DNA from: Neovahlkampfia damariscottae
Lineage: Eukaryota
Direction of reading: 5' to 3'
Assembly: GCA_016618085.1 (NCBI GenBank)
Contig: JABLTG010000029.1
Coordinates: forward strand, 122,152 to 142,151
DNA length: 20,000 bases
Each line of letters begins with the position of its first letter. The first letter of the stretch is position 1. Under the pieces are notes generated by a model. It saw only the letters and a program-made list of their open reading frames with translations. It was not told the DNA's origin and searched no databases. The translations under genes were made by a program, and so were the position numbers. Shown here one piece after another: positions 1 to 10,725 of the stretch.

Positions 1-1274
1 CTCAAGAGATGGGATTGTTCCATTGTATAAAAGTTCAGATAAACCAATATGAAGACCTAATATGAAGGAATAACCACCTCTATTTTCAGTTTTTGGTGAA
101 ATGACACTTGCAAGTCGTTTCAAAATCACTTTATCCGCAGCATTGCATCTTTCAATTCTTTTGATAATTGGAGGTAAGAAATTAACTCTACCACCAGGTA
201 TTGAAGCAATTAACATAAATAAAGAAGCCTTCATACTAACCTTATTGATTAATCTAAAAAATGTTAAAAAAAATAATTTTGATACTTGTAAAATTCTGAG
301 CAATGATTTTTGTCAAATCCTTCGAATACCCTTTTTAATTTATTGACTGGATTCTTAATTTTCGATGAACAAAATGCATCTTTTTCACAAAGACCCAAAG
401 ATTGCCTTCCTTGTTGATCAGCATATTTATCATAAGCAAGGAGTTGTGTATAAACAGGAGGAGCAACACCATCAAAAATAACCAAGTGATTACTTGTTGG
501 ATAAAGTTGTAAGTATCTGTTCATCTTTAAAATAATATTAAAAGAAGTCAATCAGTCTTACAAGATACGCTCCATAAGAAACACCAAAAATTACAATTTT
601 TTCATTCGCTGATATTCTTAAAGATTCAGCAACATTATAAACATCTCTTGCTGCTTCTGTTGGATTGAATGCATGAAATGAGGATCCATATTTTCCTTTG
701 ACGAATTCCAAACATTCTTTGAACAATTTACCAGGTTTTGATAGTTCAACAGGCCAATCTGGATGATCTTCTTGGGGACATCTAAGAGGTGTTGAATGAC
801 CAGTACCTCTGTGACTTGGAATTATAATGTCCATTTCTCCATTAAACATGTGATAGAGTTTAGTAGCAATTTCACCGTAATTTCTCCAATCAGCACCTCC
901 ACCAGGACCACCATCATTAATCCAATACTAAAAACATGAGTTTTATCATTTGATTACTTGTCCTTTTCTATTTTTTGCTTGTAATCTTCTGACAAAAAAT
1001 GTGATATTTCTTCCAGTTGGATTTTTCCAAAAAGAAGGTACAGATGTATAAGCACATTCCATTTTCTGAAAAATTTAGAAATAAAAATGTTAAAAATTAC
1101 AATATTTGGGTCTAAAACAAACTTTTTTTTCTCCGAGAAATGAGGTGAAAAAGGAGTTGGAAACATAGAGTTGGAACTGTGTGTTTCTTCTGTTGGACAA
1201 GTGGTCCATTTCACAACAACTTGTGCAGATGTCAAGCAAAATAAAATGACTAAAACGACAACAACACCTTTCAT
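1..1274 (-). CDS. Secreted alpha/beta-hydrolase, TAP-like/peptidase S33 type; 3' end runs off the window
   Basis: ATG at 1274. Removing introns 1066-1100, 928-957, 525-561 and 254-285 gives one frame: signal peptide MKGVVVVLVILFCLTSA, then ECAYTSVPSFWKNPTGRNITFFVRR, oxyanion motif NDGGPGG, HRGTGHS and nucleophile elbow GVSYG. Confidence 0.85.
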
Positions 1275-1689
1275 CAAGTAGCCAAATTAATCCTATTGGT
1301 ACAATTATTATGAACCTTCCAAATGTTTTATTCAATAAGAATCAAACCTAACTTCAATCAACTTTTTCTTGTTTAAATATGAAACTTGGGAAGTGTTTTT
1401 AGATCAATAATAATCAAAATTTCAATAGATTTGATATCTAATGTATAACTATTTTAACAATTCACAAAAACAATAAGTCGAAAACAAAATAATGTAATTT
1501 TCTTCAAATGCTTCATGTATTCAAAGTTCAATTGACTCAACGTGGAAACCAACTCGAGTTTTCTAAAAACTACTTTTTTTTTTTCTTAAATAATTTGTGA
1601 GGTTTTCTGAATAAAAGCTAAGAGCGATGATATTTTTTCTGCAAATCTGTGGAATCAACATGCTGGTGTTTGTTGTCTTCACAAAATAC

Positions 1690-2265
1690 GTTCAGTTTGA
1701 TGTTCTTCATTTCCATAATTAATTAAAGAAATTTCACTTTCCGTTGAGTATTTCTGTTTCAATTCAAGATGCTGAAAACAATGGAAGATGAGCAATCGAT
1801 ATAATAGGTGAAATACAAATCAATTTTGAAGAATTAGTTGAGCAGTAGAAAGTATATTGTGATAATGATTGATCAACAAATTTCACGTTTGATGCTGTAT
1901 TTTCAAAATCATAAATAATCATTTCATTTCCACCTAAAGGTGTCCCGATTGAAGGTTCAAAAAAATTCTTGCTGACAATGTTAAACAATGCAGTATCTGT
2001 CATTCTTTTTCGAATTCCTTTAGTTTTCATTGAAATGGAAATTGAAGCTTTTCCTTCAATTAAAAGAATGATTGAATATGAAAAAGTTTGATGAACAATC
2101 AAGGCACCTATTTCCAATTGAGTAGAATTGTAACCATAATTGCAAAAGAATTCTGCATTTGATCCATAATATGTGTTGTATGAATATCCAGATGATATAA
2201 AAAAAATTGTAGTTCTATTTTGTTTGATAGCCAATGGTGCCAAAGAAAAAATATTCGTGTATTCT
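1690..2265 (-). pseudogene. Probable degenerate IPT/TIG (Ig-like) domain surface-protein fragment
   Basis: ORF 1764-2243 begins at TTG with no convincing upstream ATG. It contains EPSIGTPLGGNEMIIY...VKF...FYC...LICISP, resembling the IPT/TIG pattern PxxGxxxGGxxIxI...C...IxCxxP. Coding-like sequence continues past the stop in another frame (LKQKYSTESEISLINY). Confidence 0.4.
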
Positions 2266-2317
2266 ATTAAAATGTTAGGTTGAATAAATAAGAGAGTTTT
2301 TTTTTCAGTCCAATCAA

Positions 2318-3310
2318 ATGCATTTTAGTTTCCAAAGTAGATCTACTGCATTTGCAGACGATGAAGTTTCATTTCTCACTTCAAACTCAACCAAAACATT
2401 GTTAGCAATAGGATTTATCACTGGAAAGATTCAAATTAAAAATTTCTTCACTCTTGAAACTTACTTTGAATATATTGGACATGAACATAAAATTTTGAGT
2501 TTAATTTTTTCAAAAGATGGTAAAAATTTATATTCAGGAGATAATGCTGGTGAAATTATTCAATTTAATTTAGACATGAGAGCAATTATTTTTGTTGGTT
2601 CAGGAAAAGGATGGGTACGTCAACTGTTAATTTTTGAAAATAGTCTCATTTCCATCAGTGATTCTGAAGTTGTTTTTTGGAATTTACTGTCTTATGAATT
2701 GGAAAAAACTATATCTTGTCAAAATCATGGTGGAAATTGTATTAACAAGAATGAAAAAGAACTAATTTTGATTTCATATTATGATATGTCAGTGGTTGAT
2801 TTGGAGACAAAAGAAATGAAGAAAAAATCAAGTTTGCATAAATTTAGTCATAAAGTGATGTCTTCAAATCGTCCAAATATCCATTTTGTCAGTAGAAGAA
2901 GATACGGAACATCATCAATATTTGAATTTAACATGAAAAATTCTGAGATTAGAAATATCACTGATGATGAAAAAGAGCATTCAAACATTTATGTAAAAGG
3001 AAATTTCCTGTATTTAGTACGTGAAGATGGTCTCATTCGAGTTTTGGATTGTTTGAATTTTGAAGAATTGTACAAAATTGAAACAGGTGAAATGATCAAA
3101 TACACTTGGATAGATGAAATACAGAACAATTTAACCATTATATCTTTAAATCAGATTATAAAAGAAGATGGTGAAAATGAAATTGATTTAAAATTTGTTT
3201 CTGTCAAAAATATTTTGAATATGAAAAAAGTGCTTACAAGAGGAAAGGATTTCAATTTGAATTTTCGTTTCAGGACACCATCCAAATTTAGATTTCCTTT
3301 TGGAAAATAG
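2318..3310 (+). CDS. WD40/beta-propeller-like protein, intronless
   Basis: 330-aa ORF with a clear WD-type repeat (GHEHKILSLIFSKDGKNLYSGDNAGEIIQFN) and further degenerate blades (VVFWN, DGLIRVLD). Confidence 0.75.
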   Translation: MHFSFQSRSTAFADDEVSFLTSNSTKTLLAIGFITGKIQIKNFFTLETYFEYIGHEHKILSLIFSKDGKNLYSGDNAGEIIQFNLDMRAIIFVGSGKGWVRQLLIFENSLISISDSEVVFWNLLSYELEKTISCQNHGGNCINKNEKELILISYYDMSVVDLETKEMKKKSSLHKFSHKVMSSNRPNIHFVSRRRYGTSSIFEFNMKNSEIRNITDDEKEHSNIYVKGNFLYLVREDGLIRVLDCLNFEELYKIETGEMIKYTWIDEIQNNLTIISLNQIIKEDGENEIDLKFVSVKNILNMKKVLTRGKDFNLNFRFRTPSKFRFPFGK

Positions 3311-3432
3311 CAAATAAATCAGGTTTTTAAGAGATGATCGAATTGTCCAACAGTCTTATTCTTTGAAGAAATAATTCTTGAACCCAAGAATTACCATTCA
3401 CATTTATCTGTGTATTTCTGTTATTTTGAATC

Positions 3433-3480
3433 TCAACCGATTTTTCTTTTCTTTTTTTGGTCAACCGAAAAATCGGTTGA
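3433..3480. promoter_or_regulatory. Nested inverted repeat containing three CAACCGA motifs upstream of the RimK-like gene
   Basis: TCAACCGATTTTTC (3433-3446) is the exact reverse complement of GAAAAATCGGTTGA (3467-3480). TCAACCGA-AAAA-TCGGTTGA (3461-3480) is a second possible stem. The element abuts ATTGG at 3480-3484. Confidence 0.55.
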
Positions 3481-3537
3481 TTGGGCGAATATAAAAAACA
3501 AGCATTCATTGGATGATTTTTTCATCAACAGAAAACA

Positions 3538-4722
3538 ATGGAAGAAGAAACTGCAAAAATTGAAGCAACTATTCAAGATGCAAAAGTAACAGAATTAACA
3601 AAAGAAACTATTGAAGTTCCAAAAAGTTACTTGGAGTACGATTTAAAACCACTTTTAGTGGGACCTCAAAAAATTGTTTTTTACAATGCACAAAACCCAA
3701 AATTTTATAAAGAAGTTTTGAAAGTTCAAAAACCGATAGTAAAGATGTGGTTATTAAGAAAAAACAAAGAACTCAATTATGTCACCAAAAGATCCTTAGA
3801 AGAAGCTTTTAGAATGAACATTCTACTTGAAAATGTTCTGATTGATGATTTAGATTTAGTTTTGAATATTGATGGAAAACAATTAAATTATAAAGGTGTA
3901 GAAATGTCAATTGAAGAATTACCTCAAGTTTGTATTCCAAGATTTGGAGCAACAGTTGATTACTTTTCATTGGTGATTCTCAGACAACTTGAACAATTTG
4001 GTGTTAAAATTTTGAATGATGTGAAAAGTTTGGAAATCTCAAAAGATAAATTAATGACCATGCAAGTGTTTGCTAATACAAATATTCCAATTCCAAAGAC
4101 GATGTACGCAAAATTCCCAATTGACGCAAAAGCAGTAACTGCTGTTTTCGGAGATTATCCAATTATATTGAAATTGGCTTCAAGTTCACAAGGAAATGGT
4201 GTTATGCAAATTTATAACGAAGATAACTTGAAAGATCTTGCAAGTAATCAATATTTCATTTCTTAATTTTTTCAAGATTTGATTGACAAAACCAATCCAA
4301 TCATTCTTCAAGAATTTATTAAAAAATCAAGTGGAAAAGATGTCAGAGTTTTAGTTGTTGGTGATAAAGTTGTTGGTGGAATGAAAAGACAAACCTCTGC
4401 AAAAAATCAATTCAAATCAAACTTCCATCAAGGTGGTTCAGTCAAGAAAGTCCCAGTTAATGAAGAATTGGCTGAATTAGCAATTGAAGCAACAAAAACT
4501 GTTGGACTTCATATTGCAGGTATTGATTTTTTATTAGATGAGGATACATACAAAATTTGTGAAATCAATGCATCACCTGGTTTTGAAGGTTTTGAAAAAG
4601 CCACTGGAACAAATGTCGGAAAAACTATTTTGGATTATGCTCTTACTCAATGTGAAATTGTTAAAACAAAAGAAAAAAAAAACAAAAAAGTTAAAATCAT
4701 GAAAGAACACATTGATGAATAA
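3538..4722 (+). CDS. rimK: RimK-family alpha-L-glutamate ligase (ATP-grasp)
   Basis: One 33-nt intron (4244-4276) joins the two ORFs. Motifs: IPRFG, KDKLMTMQ, IPIPKT, PIILKLASSSQGNGV, LQEFI, GKDVRVLVVG, FKSNFHQGG, AGIDF, CEINASPGFEG. Confidence 0.92.
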
Positions 4723-4768
4723 ATTTTATTCTTTTTATTTTCAACCAATCATAATCAACCATAACTAA

Positions 4769-5819
4769 ATGGAAAAGTGAGAAGAAATAAAAAATCTAAA
4801 AATTAGAATCAAACTTGCTTGTGTTCCTGAACATTTTTCAATACCTTTGCATGAAGGAGTTGAATCTGGTATTTTTAAAGAATTAAATTTGGATGTTGAA
4901 ATTCAAGAGTACTCGAGAGGTTTAGTTTTTTTGATAAATTTTTATTTTTAGGAACTGGTTCTATGTGTAAAGGTTTACAAAATAAAAAAGTTGATGTCGC
5001 AATCGCTCTTACAGAAGGTTTAATTTCTGATTTAATTTTAAATAAATCAAACTTTAAAATTATTGGTACTTATGTTGATTCATCACTTTGCTGGGGTTAC
5101 ATCAGTGAAATTAATTCACCTATAAAAACCACAACAGATTTGAAAGGCAAAAATTTTGGAATTTCAAGATTTGTATAGGTTTCTTTTTTTTTTAACATTT
5201 TGTCAGGGAAGTGGTTCTCATATTATGTCTTATCTTTTATCAAAACAAAATGGTTGGAATACAGAAAAAGATATTACTTTCAAAGGTAAAAAAAGAATTT
5301 TTTTTGTGTTAAATTTTATCCGAAAAAGTGAAAGGAGGTTTAGGTGAATTACTTGATGGAATTTATGATGGATCAACTGATACATTTTTATGGGAAAGAT
5401 TCATGTTGAAACAATTTGTAGTTGAAAAAAAAGTGAAATATGTTGGAGAAATAGTCACACCATGGTATTTGAAAAACAAAATTTAATCTTACAGGCCTTG
5501 TTTCATGATTGCAGCAACAGACGATTTTATTGCATCAAATGCTGATAGTTTAGTGAAATTAATGAAAGGAATTCAAAAATCATGCGAAAATTTCAAAACA
5601 AATAAGAAATCTTCTTTAGAATCAATCTCAAAAAAATGTACTTTGGATGAAGAAGATTCAAATTTTTGGTTCAATGAAGTTCAATTTAGTAAAGATTCAA
5701 AAATTAGCAAAAAAGTTTTGAAGTTTACAATGAATACTTTAGTAGAATGTGGAGTGATCAAACAAACTGTAGACATTGAAAATTTGATTGAAAAAGATTT
5801 GACACAATTGAAGGAATAA
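4769..5819 (+). CDS. Type-2 periplasmic-binding-fold protein, Ca3427-like / NMT1-THI5-SsuA superfamily
   Basis: ATG 4769; introns 4777-4806, 4920-4951, 5173-5206, 5286-5328, 5465-5494. Spliced product: MEKIKLACVPEHFSIP...GTGSM...DVAIALTEG...GISRFGSGSHIM...FLWERFM...TPWPCFMIAA. Confidence 0.85.
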
Positions 5820-5831
5820 ATTGAAATTTGT

Positions 5832-6989
5832 TTACAATTTTGAACTTGTGAATTGTAAATTATCTTGAAGAATAGTAACGAAATTCTTGACAGATTTGTT
5901 TTGAAAAATGATTTCAAAAAGTGTTTTGAAAAGTGGAAATTCTTCCAATTTGTTTTTTTGTTCTAAAACTTCAACAACTTCTTTCAATGTTAAAGTTCCT
6001 TGTAATTTTTGTCCATTCAACATTTCAGTTTCCAATTCATCCATTGATTTACCTGTTTTTGCGAATTGTGTTGAAACTTTATAATTTCGACCTGCATAAC
6101 ATGTTGTAATCAAATCTGCAATTCCACAACTTTCGAAATAAACTTCATCTTTGGAATCTTTGAAAAATAACTTTGTAAATTTCTTCATTTCTTCTAAGCC
6201 TATTCTAATAATTGTTGATTTAGCATTTGATCCTAAACCAAGTCCATCAGAGAATCCACACCCTAAAGCAACAATATTTTTTGTTGCTTGAATTATTTTA
6301 ATCCCAAATGATTAAGTTACCTCCACATACTTCTACACCAGCTATGTCATCCAAATAATTGATTTTGAAATTTTTGGTGTTGAATAATTCACGAAGAATG
6401 GTTGCATTTTTTTTGTTTGAATAACCAAGAGTTGATTCACAGAATAATTCTTTAGCTACTTCAGATGCAATATTTGCACCCATTAAAACGCTCACATCAA
6501 TTCCTAGAAGATCTTCAATTGTTTTTGATATCAAATCTGGACCTTCAATTCCAATGTGTAAACCTTTGATCAAAGAAACACCAATTGTGGTATTTTTGTT
6601 GATGTGATCTTTAATATCTTTACATATTTTACCTATTTAAAGTTAATAAAGCAAAATAAAATCGTTTACCTAAAAATTGATGTGGCAACACAAAGACTAA
6701 GATGTTTGAATTTTTAATGGCATCAATCAAGTTTGGATTTGCAATAATATTCTCTGGTAGTTTAATACCAGGTAAATATTTCACATTTTCATGTTTTTCA
6801 TTGATAATTTCAGTTAAATTTTTTCCTTCAATTTTTTCTTCATACACCCACATTTGAACTTTTTCTTCAAATTTTGAAGATAATTTTTTGGTGTTGTTTC
6901 CAATGATTTTTGCAATTGCAGAGCCCCAATTTCCTATTTTTTAGTTGTTTTTTTGAAATACCTGACCCAATAATTGTGACTTTTTTCAG
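5832..6989 (-). CDS. GPD1: NAD-dependent glycerol-3-phosphate dehydrogenase with C-terminal PTS1 (-SKL); start codon unresolved
   Basis: Introns 6934-6961, 6633-6669, 6287-6320. Motifs: [75 protein letters not shown]. Confidence 0.93.
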
Positions 6990-6996
6990 TTGACTA

Positions 6997-7474
6997 ATGT
7001 TTGTCCGTTTGTTCCAAAGAAAAATTTTGGTTGGATAAAACAAAGAAAAATCAAAGTTTCTTTATTACCAACACCAATTGTTGAAAAAGTAAAATCTCCA
7101 GAAATTGATGGAATATTTTTTACTCCAAATTGTTATTTTTGCTTTCACAAAACTCAGCATTATTTCAAGATGTTCAAATTGTAGCTGAAGAAAAAATTTT
7201 ATGTGGAGTAACTTTAACACCCACAAAACTTTCAAATTTAAGAAACATTGTGTTGAGTTCACAAATAAAAAAAAAACTGCAGCATTCATTCGCACTTTAA
7301 TGGATCACTTAAATGAAAAAGAAATAAGTTTAAATCAAAAAGATACAATGGAGAGAAGATTATGTTGAAGAAATTATTGGTTTTTTGAAAGAAGAATTAG
7401 AAATTTCAGAACAATCTGCTAAAGAATTATTGAACAATTGGAGATCAAACCAAAATAGAATAAAAAAGGAATAA
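6997..7474 (+). other. Unresolved coding-like segment (small gene or pseudogene)
   Basis: The 3' part reads IQWREDYVEEIIGFLKEELEISEQSAKELLNNWRSNQNRIKKE* in protein-like fashion. I could not join it to an upstream ATG with canonical short introns. Confidence 0.3.
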
Positions 7475-7512
7475 GAAATTTCCATTTTTATTCGGATGTT
7501 TGATTTTTATAA

Positions 7513-7660
7513 TTTTCCAGAGAAAATTCCAGGTTGACCAAAATTCAGCAATTTACTTTTACCTGGAAAACCTGATTTTCCAGGTTCTTTTTTTTCCAGG
7601 GTAAATTCTACCTGGAAATTTCGAAATTTCCAGGATCAACCTGGAAAAATAGGTGGAAAA
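7513..7660. repeat. Array of alternating TTCCAGG / CCTGGAA motifs forming nested palindromes
   Basis: Seven CCWGG cores within about 120 bp. Perfect 24-bp palindrome CCTGGAAATTTCGAAATTTCCAGG at 7611-7634; ACCTGGAAAA-n5-TTTTCCAGGT at about 7561-7585. Confidence 0.85.
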
Positions 7661-7757
7661 TTTTTTTTTGTGTTTCAGAATTTTTTTTTGGGTTTTTTTT
7701 TTGTTGGAATGTAGAATCTGATTGGACAAATAAGATAAACAGAATTTATTGAAATTT

Positions 7758-8003
7758 TCATCTTCTTGATGATGCAATGAAATCTCCTTCCAATTCTCTG
7801 AAAGAAACAAGAGAATCAAAATATTGGTTCAACTTTGAAACTTTTGTTTTCAGTTCATGAATTTGTTGTTGAATGATATCACTCTTTTGATCTATTCTAT
7901 TGAAACTATCAGATACTTTTTCTTCAAATTCTTTGAGAAATTGATAAAAGTGCTGATATTCTACTTGAGTTGAATTATTTTCTTTGACTCTTTCTTCGCT
8001 CAT
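7758..8003 (-). CDS. Small hypothetical coiled-coil protein
   Basis: 81-aa ORF from ATG 8003 (MSEERVKE...) with heptad-like FNRIDQKSDIIQQQIHELKTKVSKL. No family recognised. Confidence 0.4.
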   Translation of the reverse strand: MSEERVKENNSTQVEYQHFYQFLKEFEEKVSDSFNRIDQKSDIIQQQIHELKTKVSKLNQYFDSLVSFRELEGDFIASSRR

Positions 8004-8107
8004 CCTTATCTTCAAGTTCTGTAGAACAACTCAATACTAGGTTATTAGTGGAAGATATTGTAAGGAAAATTTTTTGAGGTAAAAATTCAATTTTGAAAGG
8101 AAAATTT

Positions 8108-10037
8108 TTATCCCAAAAAATGAGGACGAATTTGAAGGATGTAGAGAGTAGAATTTTTCATGATGAATTCAATATTTACACAATTTGATCCTTCTTCTTT
8201 CCATGATTCGGAAATTTCACTTCTATCAATTTTAATGAAATTTTTGTACAACATTTCTCCTTCTGTAATTGACATTAATGGATCATTGGACAAATCACTT
8301 TTTGAAATTATTTCTTGAACAATTGCTCCAAAATTATGAAATAATATCACTTGTTCTGGGAACCCCCCACTTGAATCAGTTACATATCCGCTGGTCGGTT
8401 GAATATTTATCATAACAGGATCAAAATCTCTATTGAAAATAAAATTAGCATTTAAATGAGATTTACTCATATCTATGTGATTTTGTTAGTGCTACACCAC
8501 TAAATTTAATGTTTGATATGTATGGTTGGATTAAAATGGCCATTCCAACTTTTGAATGATCAATTTTAAACTTATTTCTTTCTCCAATCGCATGAGGTGA
8601 ATAAATACTTTTCCAGATCGATTTAATTGTAAATTGTATATCACTAGGATTTGTCACTTTGATTGATTGATACAAACCAGCACCATTGAAATTTGGTAAA
8701 TCTTCAGCATTACTACTTGATCTCTAAAAAATGAATTATTTGATGGAATTTGTTACAAAAATATATTGTTCTTTTTTCATGTATTTTTTAATTTTCTTTA
8801 ACAATTTTTGATTTATCTTAATTGAATCTATTTGTTCTTGAATCTCTTCCAATTTGAAATTGGAGTCTAAAAGTGGTTGTAGATGACGATGAAATTCACT
8901 AAATGGAATAACCATACCTTCATCGTATATTTTAACATTTTTTGAGAATTTCATGTCATTGAATTCAACTAAATTTGACGCCTTGATTCCACAATTTTCT
9001 ATATTGCAATCAGATAGTTTTAATAACTGTTTTGTTGATTCAAAATCTGGTTCAGGAATGTCAATTTTTGGATAAATAATCTTTTTTAGTTTAATCTTTG
9101 GAGTTTTTATCAATGTGAAATTGGTGTCTTTGGTTTCAAATTTTACAAAATCATGTTCTTTAATGGTTAGAGTGTCGAAGATATTTCTAATGAATGCATT
9201 TGGAATTTTTCGATTACTGCTCAAAAGAACAATGTGTGATAATGGTGATTGAAATTTTGATGTGATTATTCCAGCAGATAATGGTAAATAGTTTGGAATA
9301 TGATCCATCAATACAATATCATTTTCAGTGATGTTTTTAAGTTTCATTTCATAATCCGGGTCTACTTTTTTTAGAATTTTGAAATATCCAACACTTGATG
9401 CTGAAAAATATGAAATGAAATCTAATTGTTTGTACAAAAAATTCGTTGAAATGACTTTCATTTTTTCATCCAATAAAATTTTTGAATTTATTTCGGATTG
9501 AATTGAATTTGTGCGAAAGTAAAAAGTTTCTTTGAAATAAATCTTTGAAATAATCAATTTCATCAACTCTAATAAACTTTTTGGAACCAAATTATCTTCT
9601 GGACATAACTCGAAAGTGTAAATATTCATTGAATTGATTTTGGTCAAAGTACCCAAAATGAATTGTCTTTCTGGTGATTCATGATAATTAATTGAGTTGA
9701 AGTATTCAAGTGATACCTTTTTATCATACTTTTCAATCCAGTCAAGGTGATTGGTAAACTTCTTTGTGTTCAAAAAAATTAATAGTTTTGATTTGATGAT
9801 ATAAACCACTTTTATCAATTGAGTGTCCGAAAAAATAATAATATCTGTTGGTTTTTTTGAAAGTAAATCCCATTCTCTTTCATTTTTTATTTCTAACAAA
9901 AATTCCTGGTTATTTTTGATCATCATGTTGAAGTTGTTTGTTGAGTTTCCAGAAATAATTGATGAATTTATTGAATTTCCTAATGAGATGTTCACAACTA
10001 TCATGAATAATGAAAGTTGAATGAAAAAGGAATTCAT
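8108..10037 (-). CDS. Signal-peptide-bearing PEP/pyruvate-binding (PPDK_N / PEP-synthase nucleotide-binding, ATP-grasp) domain protein lacking the phospho-His and C-terminal domains
   Basis: ATG 10037; introns 8724-8756 and 8430-8466. Motifs: CGIKASNL, GMVIPFSEF, FRSSSNAEDLPNFNGAGLYQS, IKSIWKSIYS, MAILIQP, SGVALT, NIEF...LYILQIRP then stop. Confidence 0.85.
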
Positions 10038-10172
10038 GGTTGAAATGTCACCCAAATTTTTTGTGGTTGTTATTGAGTTTCATTTGAGTACTAAATTTAG
10101 TTAAAGTACATGAGATTCACTTTACCTTGCTGCAAATGTTAAATAGTACAATTATTTTTAAACCAATCACAA

Positions 10173-10600
10173 ATGCTGTTCAAAAAAACATGAGTTTCAG
10201 CAAGAAAAGAAAATACGACTAAATTGTAGAAACTGCTTCACATTCACAAAAATATGCAAAACCAACTATTGATTTTACGTTCAAAAAACTTTGGAAATGA
10301 CCGTAACAAAAAATTACGATTAACAAGAAAAGGTTGAAAAGTTGTTCTTAGACTATTCAGATTTTTCAAAGGAAGACATGCTCAAATAAAATAAGGTTAT
10401 TAGGTTATGTTAAATTATAATAAACTAAATTCAATACAGAAGAAATGAATTCATAGTGTCTAGAGCATTGCAGAATAATGGATTGGAAATATGTAACAAA
10501 GATTTTGGCAAGAAATAAACATATATTGTCATCAGTGCTGTGAAACAGAACAAAAAATCAATTTATTCCTTGGGTTTTTCTAGATGACATTTGAAAAACC
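10173..10600 (+). pseudogene. Possible decayed gene with DUF4116-like repeat remnants
   Basis: CCAAT (10163) is followed by ATG (10173), but all frames are interrupted. About 10440-10575 reads NEFIVSRALQNNGLEI...*..IVISAVKQNKKSI, reminiscent of the IVxxAVKQNG repeat. Confidence 0.3.
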
Positions 10601-10725
10601 AAACATCAATTCATTTGTCATTTTTGACCAATGATTGTGAATTTTCTTGATCTTGATCTTTCATTTCTCACTAATTTTGTGGTTATTTTCTTTAGAATAT
10701 TCAAAAAATGAATCAATAAAATATT

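Noticed and set aside
7513..7660. CRISPR array
   Set aside because: Units are about 8 bp, alternate in orientation and have irregular short spacers. There are no cas genes and the context is eukaryotic.
7559..7819. 86-aa minus-strand ORF
   Set aside because: It is a translation of the palindrome array and T-runs, and overlaps a better ORF.
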